NCBI GenBank assembly: GCA_964187785.1
Contig: OZ076409.1
Location: 29,018,001 to 29,082,000, forward strand
DNA length: 64,000 bases
Source: Amphiscolops sp. MND2022
Taxonomy: Eukaryota
Direction of reading: 5' to 3'
This document shows, one piece after another, positions 25,609 through 37,446 of this stretch; within the stretch, counting starts at the first letter, position 1, and each line of letters starts with the position of its first letter. The notes beneath the pieces are model-generated. The model was not told where the DNA came from, made no database searches, and worked only from the letters and a program-made list of their open reading frames with translations. Both the position numbers and the translations under genes were made by a program.

Positions 25609-26246
25609 AAAACAGGAACTTCTCAAGTCGGCGCTACACTTAAGGCTCAAAGAGCGTGAAGTTTTAAAAAATGCTCAAAAATTGTTTCTAGCAAAACCCA
25701 CAAAAATGTCGAAACACCCGAAGGGCGTCTTTCAAGCTCGGAACTCGCTTCAAAAATTTGTATAGTGTGTGCTGGGTTACATGGTATCACTTATTTTCGA
25801 AGCTCGGCCTCATCCTTAGAAAAACGCAACTTATTACGGATATAACGTCGAAAGTTCAGATTTAGCGTGCTGGAATGGGGCGTTTTTTTTCGAACCTGCA
25901 TCTCCTCCCTAATAAAACGCAATTTACTCCGGGTATAACGTCGTCAAAAGTTCGGATATAGCGTGCTCATACAAATGGGAGCGTTTTTTTTGACGCTCCG
26001 CCTTTTCCTTAGTGAAATGCAATATAGCTCGGATATGATGTCAAAAATTCGGTTAAAGCGCAATATTTTTGGACCTCCGCCTCCTCCTTAGTGAAACGCA
26101 ATTCACTTTGGTAATAAAATCGAAAATTCGGATATGGGGTGCTTACATTTAGGCCGAGTGTCAGTTAGAAATTCTCAATATCCGCCGTAATTAGTTACAA
26201 ATTAAATCTGTCACTTCGCACCTCTTAAAAAAGTGCCGACTAAAAA
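25609..26246 (-). mobile_element. Related Helentron-like element with four degenerate ~90-bp internal units (second copy at ~29432-29830)
   Basis: Start AACAGGAACTTCTCAAGTCGGCGC, end AAGTGCCGACTAAAA; internal units TTCGAA..CTCC..CCTTAG..AAACGCAA..CGGATAT. Confidence 0.55.
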
Positions 26247-26381
26247 CTTGAACTTACCTTAACGCTTTTCTACTTGCATGAGCTTGAAAACTCTCAAAGT
26301 AACTGCAATGGACCCCGACTCATTTGAACATGAATTGATGGAAAATCTGACAGAATCATGGAGGAATACGTTTTTGGAGAC

Positions 26382-26828
26382 GGTGTCAGGACATTTAATC
26401 CTATGCAATTTCAACCTATGCAATTTCAACCGTTGCCATTCCAACCGCTCACAATTTCAACCTATTGCATTTTCAACCGTCCGCCATTTCGACCTAAACT
26501 AATTATGGCTAATGGATCCTAATTAGTTAATAATTATTTCGGTGGTTTTAACTTTCATACACTTCTAAATTCTAAAAGTGCTAATTATTAGGCCAGTTTT
26601 GATACTTTTGGGCTTCTTCATGAATAGTTACCATTAATTGAGACTGTTTGATTCATTAGTAATTATTGTACTAAAATAATAGCTCAACTGAATTAAAAGT
26701 AAATAGCCACAATTAGGTCGAACTTGCGAATTGTTGAAAATGCAATCGTTTGAAATTGTGAGCAGTTGAAATGGCAACGGTTGAAATTGCACAGGTTGAA
26801 ACTGTATTGGACGAAATGTCATGTAGCC
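26382..26828. mobile_element. Intact Mutator-type MITE
   Basis: Termini GGTGTCAGGACATTT / AAATGTCATGTAGCC, inverted 15-bp CAATTTCAACC arrays, and a perfect 8-bp TSD TTGGAGAC (26374-26381, 26829-26836). Confidence 0.85.
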
Positions 26829-27039
26829 TTGGAGACACTCATAATCTGATGGAGAGTTTTAATTAAGATTGTCCTTTATTTGGGAAAACAAACTGTCTTT
26901 AGTATTCCTCATATTGGCTAAATATTTAATTGCCATTACATGTAATGAGCTACATGAACAACTCGCTTATTATATTAAGCTACTTAATTTTCAATGTAAT
27001 ATACTGAGTACAATAATTATATGCCTTTCCATGACTCAA

Positions 27040-27480
27040 AAACGGAACGGAGTCATGGAGGTATTTGAATAGAAACTGCTGAGGCCGAATTAACGATGGC
27101 AACTAGATTAAAAAGGTGAGTGAGCAGTGCCAAGAGCCACAACCCGAAAAAGTAGAAGAGAAACTATTCCGTGCTGAACTCAAAACCCGCCAGTGTTAAC
27201 GGAAGAAAAACCCAAAAGTGTTTTTTTTTGCAGCTCAGCGATTTGTCACCGTCGAGTCAGGACGGACCTACCGTCTTATACTTCTAATCAACGACTAATC
27301 AATCGAGCCCGACAGGAAATTCAGCCAAAAATTGAAGATGATAAAACTTTGAAATTCACTTTGCTCGAGGAGTTGCAAATAACATATTCCGGTGAAACAT
27401 TTCTCCTTTATGACACTGGCGAGGAAAATAATTGACCAGAATTTCAAAATATCCTGTTTTCTCTGAAACTGTGCTTGCTA
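27040..27480 (+). pseudogene. Decayed FLYWCH-MULE transposase fragment
   Basis: Frameshifted translation SWRYLNRNC*GRI...SEQCQEPQPEKVEEKLFRAELKTR...DLPSYTSNQRLINRAR...LQITYSGETFLLYDTG follows the FLYWCH - linker - GExFLLYDxG layout of MULE transposases. Confidence 0.6.
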
Positions 27481-27849
27481 CAGCTCTGAGAATTTGTCAC
27501 CATAAAGAGGGAGTTTTTCAATAAAAATTCTTCTCTCCCACTTCTACGCGGAACCCCCCTTGACAACGGGGGGGGGTGTTTCCCGGTAATAATATTGAAC
27601 GAAACTTTTTCATGAAAAATTTCCATTTAGTTAGTACCGAACTCGATGACTAATATTCAACAACTAAAGGTTTGACCACTGAGCTATCCAGTCTTATTAG
27701 CAGGAGTTTTGAAGTGACTTATAAAATGAGTCATTTGATTCAAACAATTTCATTACGTAATCGAGATTTCAATACCAAGCATTGAACCAAGACACTTGAT
27801 TAATTCGTGAGACGAAATCAAGGCAGTTAAATATTGAGACGCATTGAAT

Positions 27850-28215
27850 TGGGGCGCTTTTGTCTGGGGCGCTTTTGTCTGGGGCGCTTTTGTCTGGGGC
27901 GCTTTTGCCTGGGACGCTTTTGTCTGGGACGCTTTGTCTGGGGCGCTTTTGTCTGGGGCGCTTTTGTCTGGGGCGCTTTTGTCTGGGGCGCTTTTGCCTG
28001 GGACGTTTTTGTCTGGGACGCTTTGTCTGGGGCGCTTTTGTCTGGGGCGCTTTTGTCTGGGGCGCTTTTGTCTGGGGCGCTTTTGTCTGGGGCGCTTTTG
28101 TCTGGGGCGCTTTTGTCTGGGGCGCTTTTGTCTGGGGCGCTTTTGTCTGGGGCGCTTTTGTCTGGGGCGCTTTTGTCTGGGGGGGCTTTTGTCAGGGCGC
28201 TTTTGTCTGGTAACC
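27850..28215. repeat. 15-bp minisatellite (TGGGGCGCTTTTGTC)n, ~24 copies; probably the expanded subterminal array of a Mutator-type end
   Basis: Direct tandem repeat ending in TGGTAACC, the same GGTTAC terminus seen on the neighbouring MITEs. Confidence 0.9.
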
Positions 28216-28531
28216 CCCGATTCGATAGGCTCTTAAAAACGACTTTAATTTTTAGTCGCCTGTTAAGAAAAGAGTCGACTATAGTCATGGCTTTCCGTTC
28301 GTGTTCTTTTTTCGATACACCTGAAGTGACCAAAATAGTTATACTAAAAGTTATACAAAGTTTTAAGGCGCCAAATTGTACATGTTGGCCCAGGGAACTG
28401 AATCAAATTATCTTTGACAGTTGTGTTTACATAGAAAAATTTCGTGATCTGTTCGTTTATTTCCTTTTCTTCGCTGCGTTTTTTAACAATAATGCTTGTT
28501 ACGGTAGACTCTGTTTATAATTTTTAAACGA

Positions 28532-28653
28532 GAACTCAAAATAAAAGCAAAGAAAACGAACCCAGTGTTGTATTTTGATCAGAAAGAAGCTCGAATTTCT
28601 TTCTGATCAAAATACAACACTGGGATCGTTTTCTTTGCTTTTAATTTGAGTTC
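28532..28653. repeat. Near-perfect palindrome with ~57-bp arms
   Basis: GAACTCAAAATAAAAGCAAAGAAAACG..GATCAGAAAGAA / TTCTTTCTGATC..CGTTTTCTTTGCTTTTAATTTGAGTTC with a short loop. Confidence 0.85.
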
Positions 28654-31600
28654 CATGTATGGAAATTACTTCCATCGCTACAATAATTGATATCGGTTAC
28701 GATACCTTGAAATTGGGAAATTAGATGTCTTTTCCGGGCACGTCTATGTATTTTGTTCCAATTGGTTTGCTTGCTGTTGATTTGTTGAATTTACGTTTTG
28801 GGATTAGTGGTACATGACTAGCGCTGCCCACAGTGAATTTGATTCGTCTGTTTGTTGTTCAACAAAACAGTTGCATGGGAAAAAATAGATTGTTTTGATG
28901 GAAAATAGTTGACACAAAGTGTCAAGTATTCTCTTTTACAGTACCCGCAAAACCCAAAAGTTGGACGGAATTGGCGCGCTAACAGGGGGGACCCTCTGGG
29001 AATTTTCAACATTTCCGTCGCAAAACATCAAAAAATTGAAGGGAAGACCCTTTGAAGTTGTTTAAAAATTTTCGAAGAAAGTCTCACAATGCGAAAAAAA
29101 TGGGAAGGGTGGACCCTTTGGGATTTTTCAACATTTCTGTCGCAAAACATCAAAAAAGTCGAAGGGGGACCCTTGGTGAAAAAAAAATTCGAAAAAGAAT
29201 CCCACAATGCCGAAAAAAACTAGTAGGGGGACTCTTTAGTCTCGCCCGGTATTGTGTTACGCAAAAAACCTTTTTGGTTCAGTTCGCTAAACCAGGCCAA
29301 ATGGTTCAATTTGACACCATAAAATTTCGTAGAACTTTTAAGAACTATTTTGATCAGTTCGTGTGGATTGAAAAAAAACCACTAGTATAGTCGCGTTTCA
29401 CTTTATGAAGCGCTGACTAAAAATAAGGCTAAACAAGACAGGAACGTCTCAAGTTGGCGCTAAATTTAGCGCTTAAAGAGCGGAAAGTTCTAAAAAATGT
29501 CAGATATTTTTTCTAGCAAAACTTACAAAAAATGTCGAAACACCCAGAGGGTGTCTTTCATGCTCGCAAAACTCTTCGGATAGTTTGTGCTGGGCTACAT
29601 GGGATCACTTATTTTCGAAGCTCGGCCTTAGAAAAACGCAAATTATTACGAATATAACGTCAAAACTTCGGGTATAGCGTGCCGGGATAAATGTGAGCCC
29701 TTTTGTCAAACCTTCGCTTCCTACATAGTAAAACGCAATAGATTCAGATCTGTAGATAGCTCAACATTTTCGAACTTTGTCGCCCTTTTTAGTATAAGTA
29801 ACGTCGAATATAACGCCAGGATAGGGTTGAGAAAATATATATTATTATTATTAGTTCTTGAAAGTCCTTTGCAGCTAACTTTGCGATAAACCGTACAAAC
29901 TTTGAAATTTTGCTGAGTCACAAGAACGTACCTGAACTGTCTGCAGTTTGCAAGCTTGGAATTAGTTGGAAAAGATTGGAAAGGAGGATTCTGACTGCTC
30001 ACTCCGAGTTTTCTAGTCTTTTCCTTCTGTGTGAAGTTTCCTCAAAACTTATTCTAGGAATAGTTACGGAAATCAATGTTTTTGGAATGAAAAATGAGAC
30101 TGTGCACAGGAAAATGCAATCAGTTGAGCTCTGCGCTAAACAAATCAAATTGGAGTTACTTGAGAAACAATTTTTTAAATTTTTCAAAGACTGAATGTTC
30201 CCGAATATTTTCCACCTGTAAATATGAATTATAAAATCAAAAACAAATTACCAGATTAAAAAACGAAAAAAGGTGCCGGCAAGTAGAAAGTGTTGATATA
30301 ATTTGCATTAAAACAACATCAAAATTATTATCAACAGTAAATGGGATGAGATATAACACAGTTTTGTTCTGAAGGAAATCGTTCCAGAAGTAAATCAAAT
30401 GAAGGTTTCATATGGCTTTGCTCAGATTGTTCTAGCTTTTGATCATTGGGAATGCTTCAAGCGAACAAACAAAGTTTCATCTTGGCGCCGTTTCTTCCGA
30501 CTCGTTTTCGGCAGATTGTCTTTATATGTCTCAAGTTAATATTTTCTACCCTCAATCAAAGAAAATTAATCGCGGCCGACTTTGCTCAAAATTTTGCAAT
30601 GTAAAAATTGTTTACTTCAAAACTAAAGGTATCCAAAAACTTCAATTTTTCGAAAAAATACCTAAACAGAAATTTGCCCAAAAATGACAAAAAGCACAAA
30701 AATGTTTACAAATTTTGCCGTTTTATGCAATCTTCGTACAAGCTTTGAATGTTTTCCTGGATATGAACATTGTTTCTAGCATACATTTCAAAAACTTATC
30801 CTGAAAATATTTTCCTGAAACAAGTTTAAAGGGAATCAAGAAGACATCAAAAGTTCAAAAAAATTTATTCGCAAATTTCTGGCAATATTCGTTAAAAGCC
30901 TGCTGCAATTTATGATGGTGTAGTAATGGGCAGCATGTAGTAGTGGTTATAGGGAAAAAGGTGTATAATTATGGTGATCATGGTGTAGTCGTTATGGGGC
31001 ATTGAAAGCTAAAATGAGCAGTAGACTTTTGTAACATTGAGCAAGTCACTTTGAAACAACGGCTAGATCACTTGACTACAAAAATGCAGAGATACAGTAG
31101 GCTACAAAAGGCAAGAATTTTTTTTCGTTCGAAGCGGTAAACACGAGATGTCATGTGAGAATATCCTTGTCACAAACATTTTGAACAGGTCAGTCGGATG
31201 CTCTTCGTGGGGCACAACTTTACTCAATGGAAAACCCAAAACGTTGCACTACTTGAAACATCAAATAAACAGAAACTATTCCGTAAATTTGTTTTGATTA
31301 TTCCGAACTTTATCGCCTAGATTCGATGACCTTGGCAGAACTTACATGCCATCCTTTTGTGACAAAACGTTTGAGAGATGATTTTGCTGAAGATAATTTG
31401 CAATATTCAGAAACTTGATGATATAAATTGTCAAAAATTACTCTTAGTATATCGAATGTTTTCAGTTGGAGCTCATTCGTTGAAACGCTATTTTGGCGTT
31501 GATGAAACAGAGGACGCTAGAGATATCCGCATTTCTGTTTTTGAAAAAAAAATACAAAAGCATTTTGATATCAAAATTAAACTAAAGAATGTAAAACTGC

Positions 31601-32004
31601 AATAACTGCACAATGAACTCAATTTTATTTAGTATGGGGTACATATGGTGAAGACTTGAATACAGAATAGCTTGAGAAACAAACATCGAACCTTGGATTT
31701 ATACAGACATTTTATTGCTCAGAATTGGAAACAACTATAAAACACTAGTTTTGTGGAAACGTTTGCGTCAGTATTGCAGTATGCGAAAGGTTGCTACCCA
31801 GTAATGACGAAACAAACTTTCTTCTGCGTCTACTCTCGAGTCCTCGATAAAAGTTAAGGCTCGAAAAATCAGCGCTGGAAAACCCCAGTGCACAGATGCC
31901 GATCTACTCAAGTTCAAACAACTGGAAGTGCGAACTCTTTCATGGATTGAGCCATATACTGCTGGCGCTCAAGGTTGTTTTTTTAAAAAACGCTACTGTT
32001 GGCG

Positions 32005-35000
32005 TGATAGAGTGTTGTAACTAATCCTAATTGTTACTAAATACCCTGAGAAAACTGTTAGTGTGAACGATTGAATTACGTAATAAATAAACAACCTGCC
32101 AAAGTGAAGTGAACAGGCAAAACAGAAGAAACTGCCATAACATAGAATTCAAACAATTCAATCACTTGCTAGCCAATACTATTTGTATTGCAAAGTTCGT
32201 TAGTCGTCGACATTTCGCTGCGAGCAAACGATAATGATGACCCTAACTTTCCAGTGTCCGTATTACACTACTTCTAGCAGAAGCGGAGGAGAATCCTACT
32301 TACGACTGGGAACAATGGATCCAGCTATTTGAAGTCGCTATTCTAGCCCATCATTCCATTTCCATTTCGGAATTGATTCGTGAAAAAGATCAAAACAGAC
32401 CTTGAAATGCAGCACTAATGGGAAATTTAGAATTCTAGCCAGCGCAGACGAAAGTTACGAGCCTCCTGTCTATCTCCATCGGAAAAACTGGCCGTAAGAT
32501 TTTAATGAATAAATTTTCCCAAATCAACATTTTACTGATCCAACTGAACGCGTGCTTCCGGATGCGTAAAAATAGAATTCTGGACAGACATACGTTTTTG
32601 TCAAGAAAGCAGAATCCGTCTGAAACATTACATCAATTTTAGAATGTGCTATATGGCCTGGCAGGTGCGCCCGATTTTGGTAATCAAACCGAAAGTTTGG
32701 TAAACGATATTTTCATTCTAAATATGTCAAATAAGCAGGTTGAAGAAAACTCTGCACAGATTCGAAGGACAATCCAATTGACGCAATACAGTTTGCAATC
32801 GCTTTTGAAGACGGCTTGAAACGCCAAAGAACATATGGATACATGAGACACTAGGGTTAAGAAAGAACCAGTGTGTGCAGTGCGTGGAAGTCGCCAGAAA
32901 ACGAGATAATGTTGGAGATGTGGCGCAGGAACTTTCACGTTAGATCATCTCAATTGATGCAAAGGACCGTAGGCGTTTTGTAATTACTGCGGCAAGAAGG
33001 GCCATTAGAAATGTGTGCGATCAAAAGAGAAACGATGGCTCACACCAATTTGGCAAATTCAGAGCCAATGACAATCGAGAGCATTTCAACAAACGAGTGC
33101 AATTGGCTGAACAGGAAGAATATGACGATGACTGCGAGAATAACACAGTACTGAATGTGGAAGGTGATGAAGAGAATGTAAAGCCACACTACGTGGAAGA
33201 GTTCATTACCGTTAACAGATTTAAAACAATAATAGACTCGGGATTGCCGGTGACAACTTCGCATTTGATCAATTGAAGATCATAATGAAGCGTGATAATC
33301 TGAAAGTGCGTAACATGATTAAGGGCGAGAAGTACGTGGATTTCAACGGAAAACATCTAAAGTTACTAGGATATGTATTCTGTGAGTTGCAAGTGAGGAT
33401 CAATACATCAAAACGGCTAGGATACTAGTAGCAAACCAGGATCCAGGTCAATAAAAGGCAGAAATGATAGGCAGAGAGTGGTTGTCGACATTACGTTACA
33501 AGTTCGAACCAGTAACTAAGGGTGAGTTAGATGTTAATTTTATAGAAAAAGACGAAGAAATTTGAGAAGAAACAAAGAAACTTATAAATGAATCCAAGAA
33601 ACGGTTCGAAAGAAACAAAAAAACCCACCAAGTTAAAATCAATTTGAGAGAAGAAGCGAAAATCTTTCTGCAGATGGGAAAGCGAATCCCAATCCAAATG
33701 CAAAATGCCGTAGATTCAGAAAAAAGAAGCTGGTAAAAGATGGACATTTAGAAAAAGTAAACAAAATAAAAGAAGACGTTTTCTTTCAATCAACAGTCAT
33801 TACCGTAAAGAATGATCGTTTGGTAAAAATTGCGGTAGATACAAGGCCCTCAAACAAGCAATAGATAAAGATAAATACCAAAGGCCAAATCTGGAAAATC
33901 AATTGGATATGGTAGCTGAAAAATGGACATTGAAAATGGGGAGGGATGATATTCATCTTCAGATAGGACGTATACGTACGGACAAATTCGTTTGCACCTA
34001 TTAACTGCTAATCCTTGTGACTTTCAAATATTTGTAGGGGAATCTACAAGAACGTATAGGTTTGTCACAGGTTTTATCGGTCTGACGGTTGTGTCGACAG
34101 AATTTCTAAAATTATTGGATAATTTATTTGCTAGATTCAGAAGAGTGTGTTTTGATTGACGATCTTTTAATTGTAACGAAAGGAACCAAGCAAGAACATT
34201 TAGATGAAAAGCCGAAATATTAAAAGTAATTGACAACGCTGAATTATAGTTAAAGGCGGGAAATGCAAATTGCTAAACCGGAAATCGAGTGTTTAGGCTT
34301 CAAGTTGACGCATTCGGGCGGTCTGTTACTTATTTTAAAAGTGCAAGGAATAGCAGAAGAGCTCAGACAAACAAATTTGAAGGAACTAAGGTCTCCCCTA
34401 GGCGCAGTGAACCAACTCAACAAATTCGTACCGGACTCAGCATCAATTTGTTTCCCTTTTCGAACTAGGGCACGACATGGAATTGGCTACCAGAACACAA
34501 AAAAGCGTTTAAGAAAACAATCGAAGAAGTGAAAGAAGTGGTTGGCAAAGCTAACACATTTTGAAAGAAACAAACCACTGAGAATAATTTTTGACGCAAG
34601 CAAAAACTTATTAGGCGCGATGCTGCAATTGGAAACCAAAAATCAATGAACGAACTTGAATTATAAGCGTTGGTTTGGTTTAACTTTTCAAAAATTACGT
34701 TTACTTTGTACATTTTGAAGTAGTGTCTGATCATAAAGCATTGAAGAGTTTTTTAAAATCCAACAAACGGAACAAACTTTTTCCAGTAGATTAAACAGAT
34801 GGGTTGACAGGCTTCTCCCAATTGATTTAACAGTTGTACCTACCCCCGTCGAACGTTAGGTATGGCAGATTCTTTATCACGTCATCCTCTTGCGTATCTG
34901 GGAAATCTAGTAAAAGCGGAGGAAATTTTCAATAATTGGTGTACAATAAATGTGGTAAAAGAAAATGTCCCAGTATGCAGACATGTAAGGCCAATGAGTG

Positions 35001-37105
35001 AAAAATACATAGCCCAATCAAGTTTCAGGAAAGATGCAAAAGAGAACAAGAAGTAGCTGAGAACGTATCGACAGTTCACGCGTCTGTGAACAAAATTGAT
35101 CAAACAAACAAACTTACAAAAGTATCTGAAACGATAGATTGACATCAGAGCACGATTTGGCAAATTCAAAAATTAGCTTCATGTATGACCAAGCGAATCA
35201 TGAAAACGACAGGACGATTCAAAAAGTCATTAAATTGGTCAAAGAGTTAGTTGTCGCAGTAATTCTTTGTCTTCCCTCTCCCTGGAGGGAGAAGTTAAAT
35301 TCGTTCAGTGTAGATACGCAGGGTCTGTTATTTATGGACCAAAGTCTTGTTATTCCCAAGGATATGCGGTAAAATTTACTTCACGCTATCCACTTCGGAC
35401 ATGCCGAAGGGGATGCAATGCTGAGGGAGGCCTCAGATGTGTGGTGGCCTCGCCTACACCGTGAGATCGTCGAAAAAGCGCAGAAAATTGCAGATTGTCT
35501 AAAAGAATTCAAAATAAATAAAAATGCGAAAAGAATTTGGAAAAATACCTGAGGCAAGCGAACCGAATGAGGAAATTTCACTAGATTTTGTGGCACCATT
35601 TCAAAACGCGCACAACCAAAAAAAAGTACTTATTAGTGTTGGTAAATGATAATTCGGGATGACCAAATGCGCTAATTTTACCAAATCCAACCACGGATAC
35701 TGTGATAGAATTTTTGAAAAAATTTATAGCTGCAAACGGAATCCCTAAAAGAATACGTTGTTTCCAGAAGACACAGGCACGGTTTTCAAAAGTGAAAAAT
35801 TCAAACAGTTTAGCAAAGAAAAATTCATCGAACATGTAATATGACCAGTAAGAGACAATCGGGGAAATGGAAAAGTTGAACGGATGATACGTACAAGAAA
35901 CGATTGATTACGAACTAATAAAAGGATTGTAGTAGAACATGAGAAAAAAGTTATATCGAACATCTTATTTTCCTCCAGATCAGAAAAAGGGATAGAAGGA
36001 AAGTCAGCATTCGAGAAACATATGTGTAGAAACACGAACATATTGAAATCAGCTATGATTGAAATGTGCAGTTTAGAGAAAGACCCGCAAATCTAAATCG
36101 AACTGGATGATTTTAGTGAAGAAGCGGACCCCACTGTCTTGGTGAGAGAACGTGTGAGAGGAACAAAGCTTGAAGGATCTTTCAAGAAAGTCAAGGGCAC
36201 AATTTTGGGACAGTCTGAAAACACTCTAACGATTTTGCCAAAAGCAGAAAAGAAAGTCATTGTGTCCAAGAGGGGTGTGGACAGAGAAGACCCTAACACA
36301 ATGCAGGAAAGTGCAAAAATTTTAAAGAAAACTCGAAATGGGCGAAAAGAGGAGAACGTGTGGAAGTTCCAAGACAGAAAAAAGTGGCAAAACAACTAGA
36401 AAAGGCATCTTTGTGGGAAAATTTGAACGAGATGGGACAAGCGACATCAGCGCAAAGAGGAACCAATAAGGATATCGAGATCCATGAAAAAGAAGAAATG
36501 ACCAGTGAAATTGTTAGAGGCAACGCAGAAGAAAGTAGAGACAGCCAAAATGAAGAAGTGGAAAACAGAGAAGAGACAAAAGTAGAAACAGGCCAAGTTG
36601 TCCCAGTGTGTTCAGTTCATGTTAGGTAAGGTGCTAGCTTTATAGTATGATTTTGATCGGGCAGTGAGTAACCAATGGCAATCTTGGATAATCTGTTAAT
36701 TTATATACATATGTAACATTGGTGTAAAAAGTATTACAAGCATTATTATAATAATAACTGATATTATTATATCATATTTTATATCATATATCATATATTA
36801 TATCATATATTGATATTATTATAAATGATATATCAAATTCGGTGTCATTATGTTGTAAATCGTCGTTCCTTCATTGTCCTCTTATTTATAGAGGGAAGAG
36901 TGCTAGAGTGATGTAACTAATCCTATTTGTTACTGAATACCCTGAGAAACCTGTTAGTGTGAAAGATTAATTTACCTAATAAATAAACAACATGCCAAAA
37001 AGAAGTGAACTGGCCAAACAGAAGTAACTGCTATAACAGAATTCATACAATTCAATCACTTGCTAGCCAATATTGTTTCATTGCAAAGTTCGTTAGTCGT
37101 CGATA
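32005..37105 (+). mobile_element. Decayed Ty3/Gypsy LTR retrotransposon (Mag-like); LTRs 32005-32212 and 36901-37105
   Basis: Two diverged ~205-bp direct repeats, a PBS-like TTTCGCTGCGAGC after the 5' LTR, PPT AGAGGGAAGAG before the 3' LTR, and a 4-bp TSD GGCG/GTCG. Broken ORFs contain DWEQWIQLF (gag), CWRCG..H and CNYCGKKGH knuckles, IIDSG protease, RT, MADSLSR (RNase H end) and integrase fragments. Confidence 0.9.
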
Positions 37106-37446
37106 GTCGGTCTGAAATTTCCCTCTCATTGCCATCACGTGTCTAAACGACAAACCGAAAATTTAGAATTTATTTTCGGAGTACCTAGCACTGTAGGCAC
37201 TGCTATGATTGGACATGGTCGAAACTTTGCTTTCGAAAAGGACGTTTAGCTCTCCGTCTTCGTTTCTTCTTTTCTGGAATCTGACACGTTCTTGGATGTT
37301 TTAATGGAACGAATTAGTGACAATTGTCAAAAGTAGGTACTTTCATTTTGACGGTTGTGTCTGCACACAAAAAGTCTAATGTTGACTCGAAGTTTGCTTG
37401 TTTTGGAAAATTTCTACGTCTCGTTTTTCATCTGTTAATCATGGTA

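Noticed and set aside
27827..28520. Long ORFs with PDKSA / GALLS / GRFCL / GAFVW repeats
   Set aside because: Open in several frames on both strands only because the 15-bp minisatellite has no stop codons. It is not a CRISPR array either, as there are no spacers.
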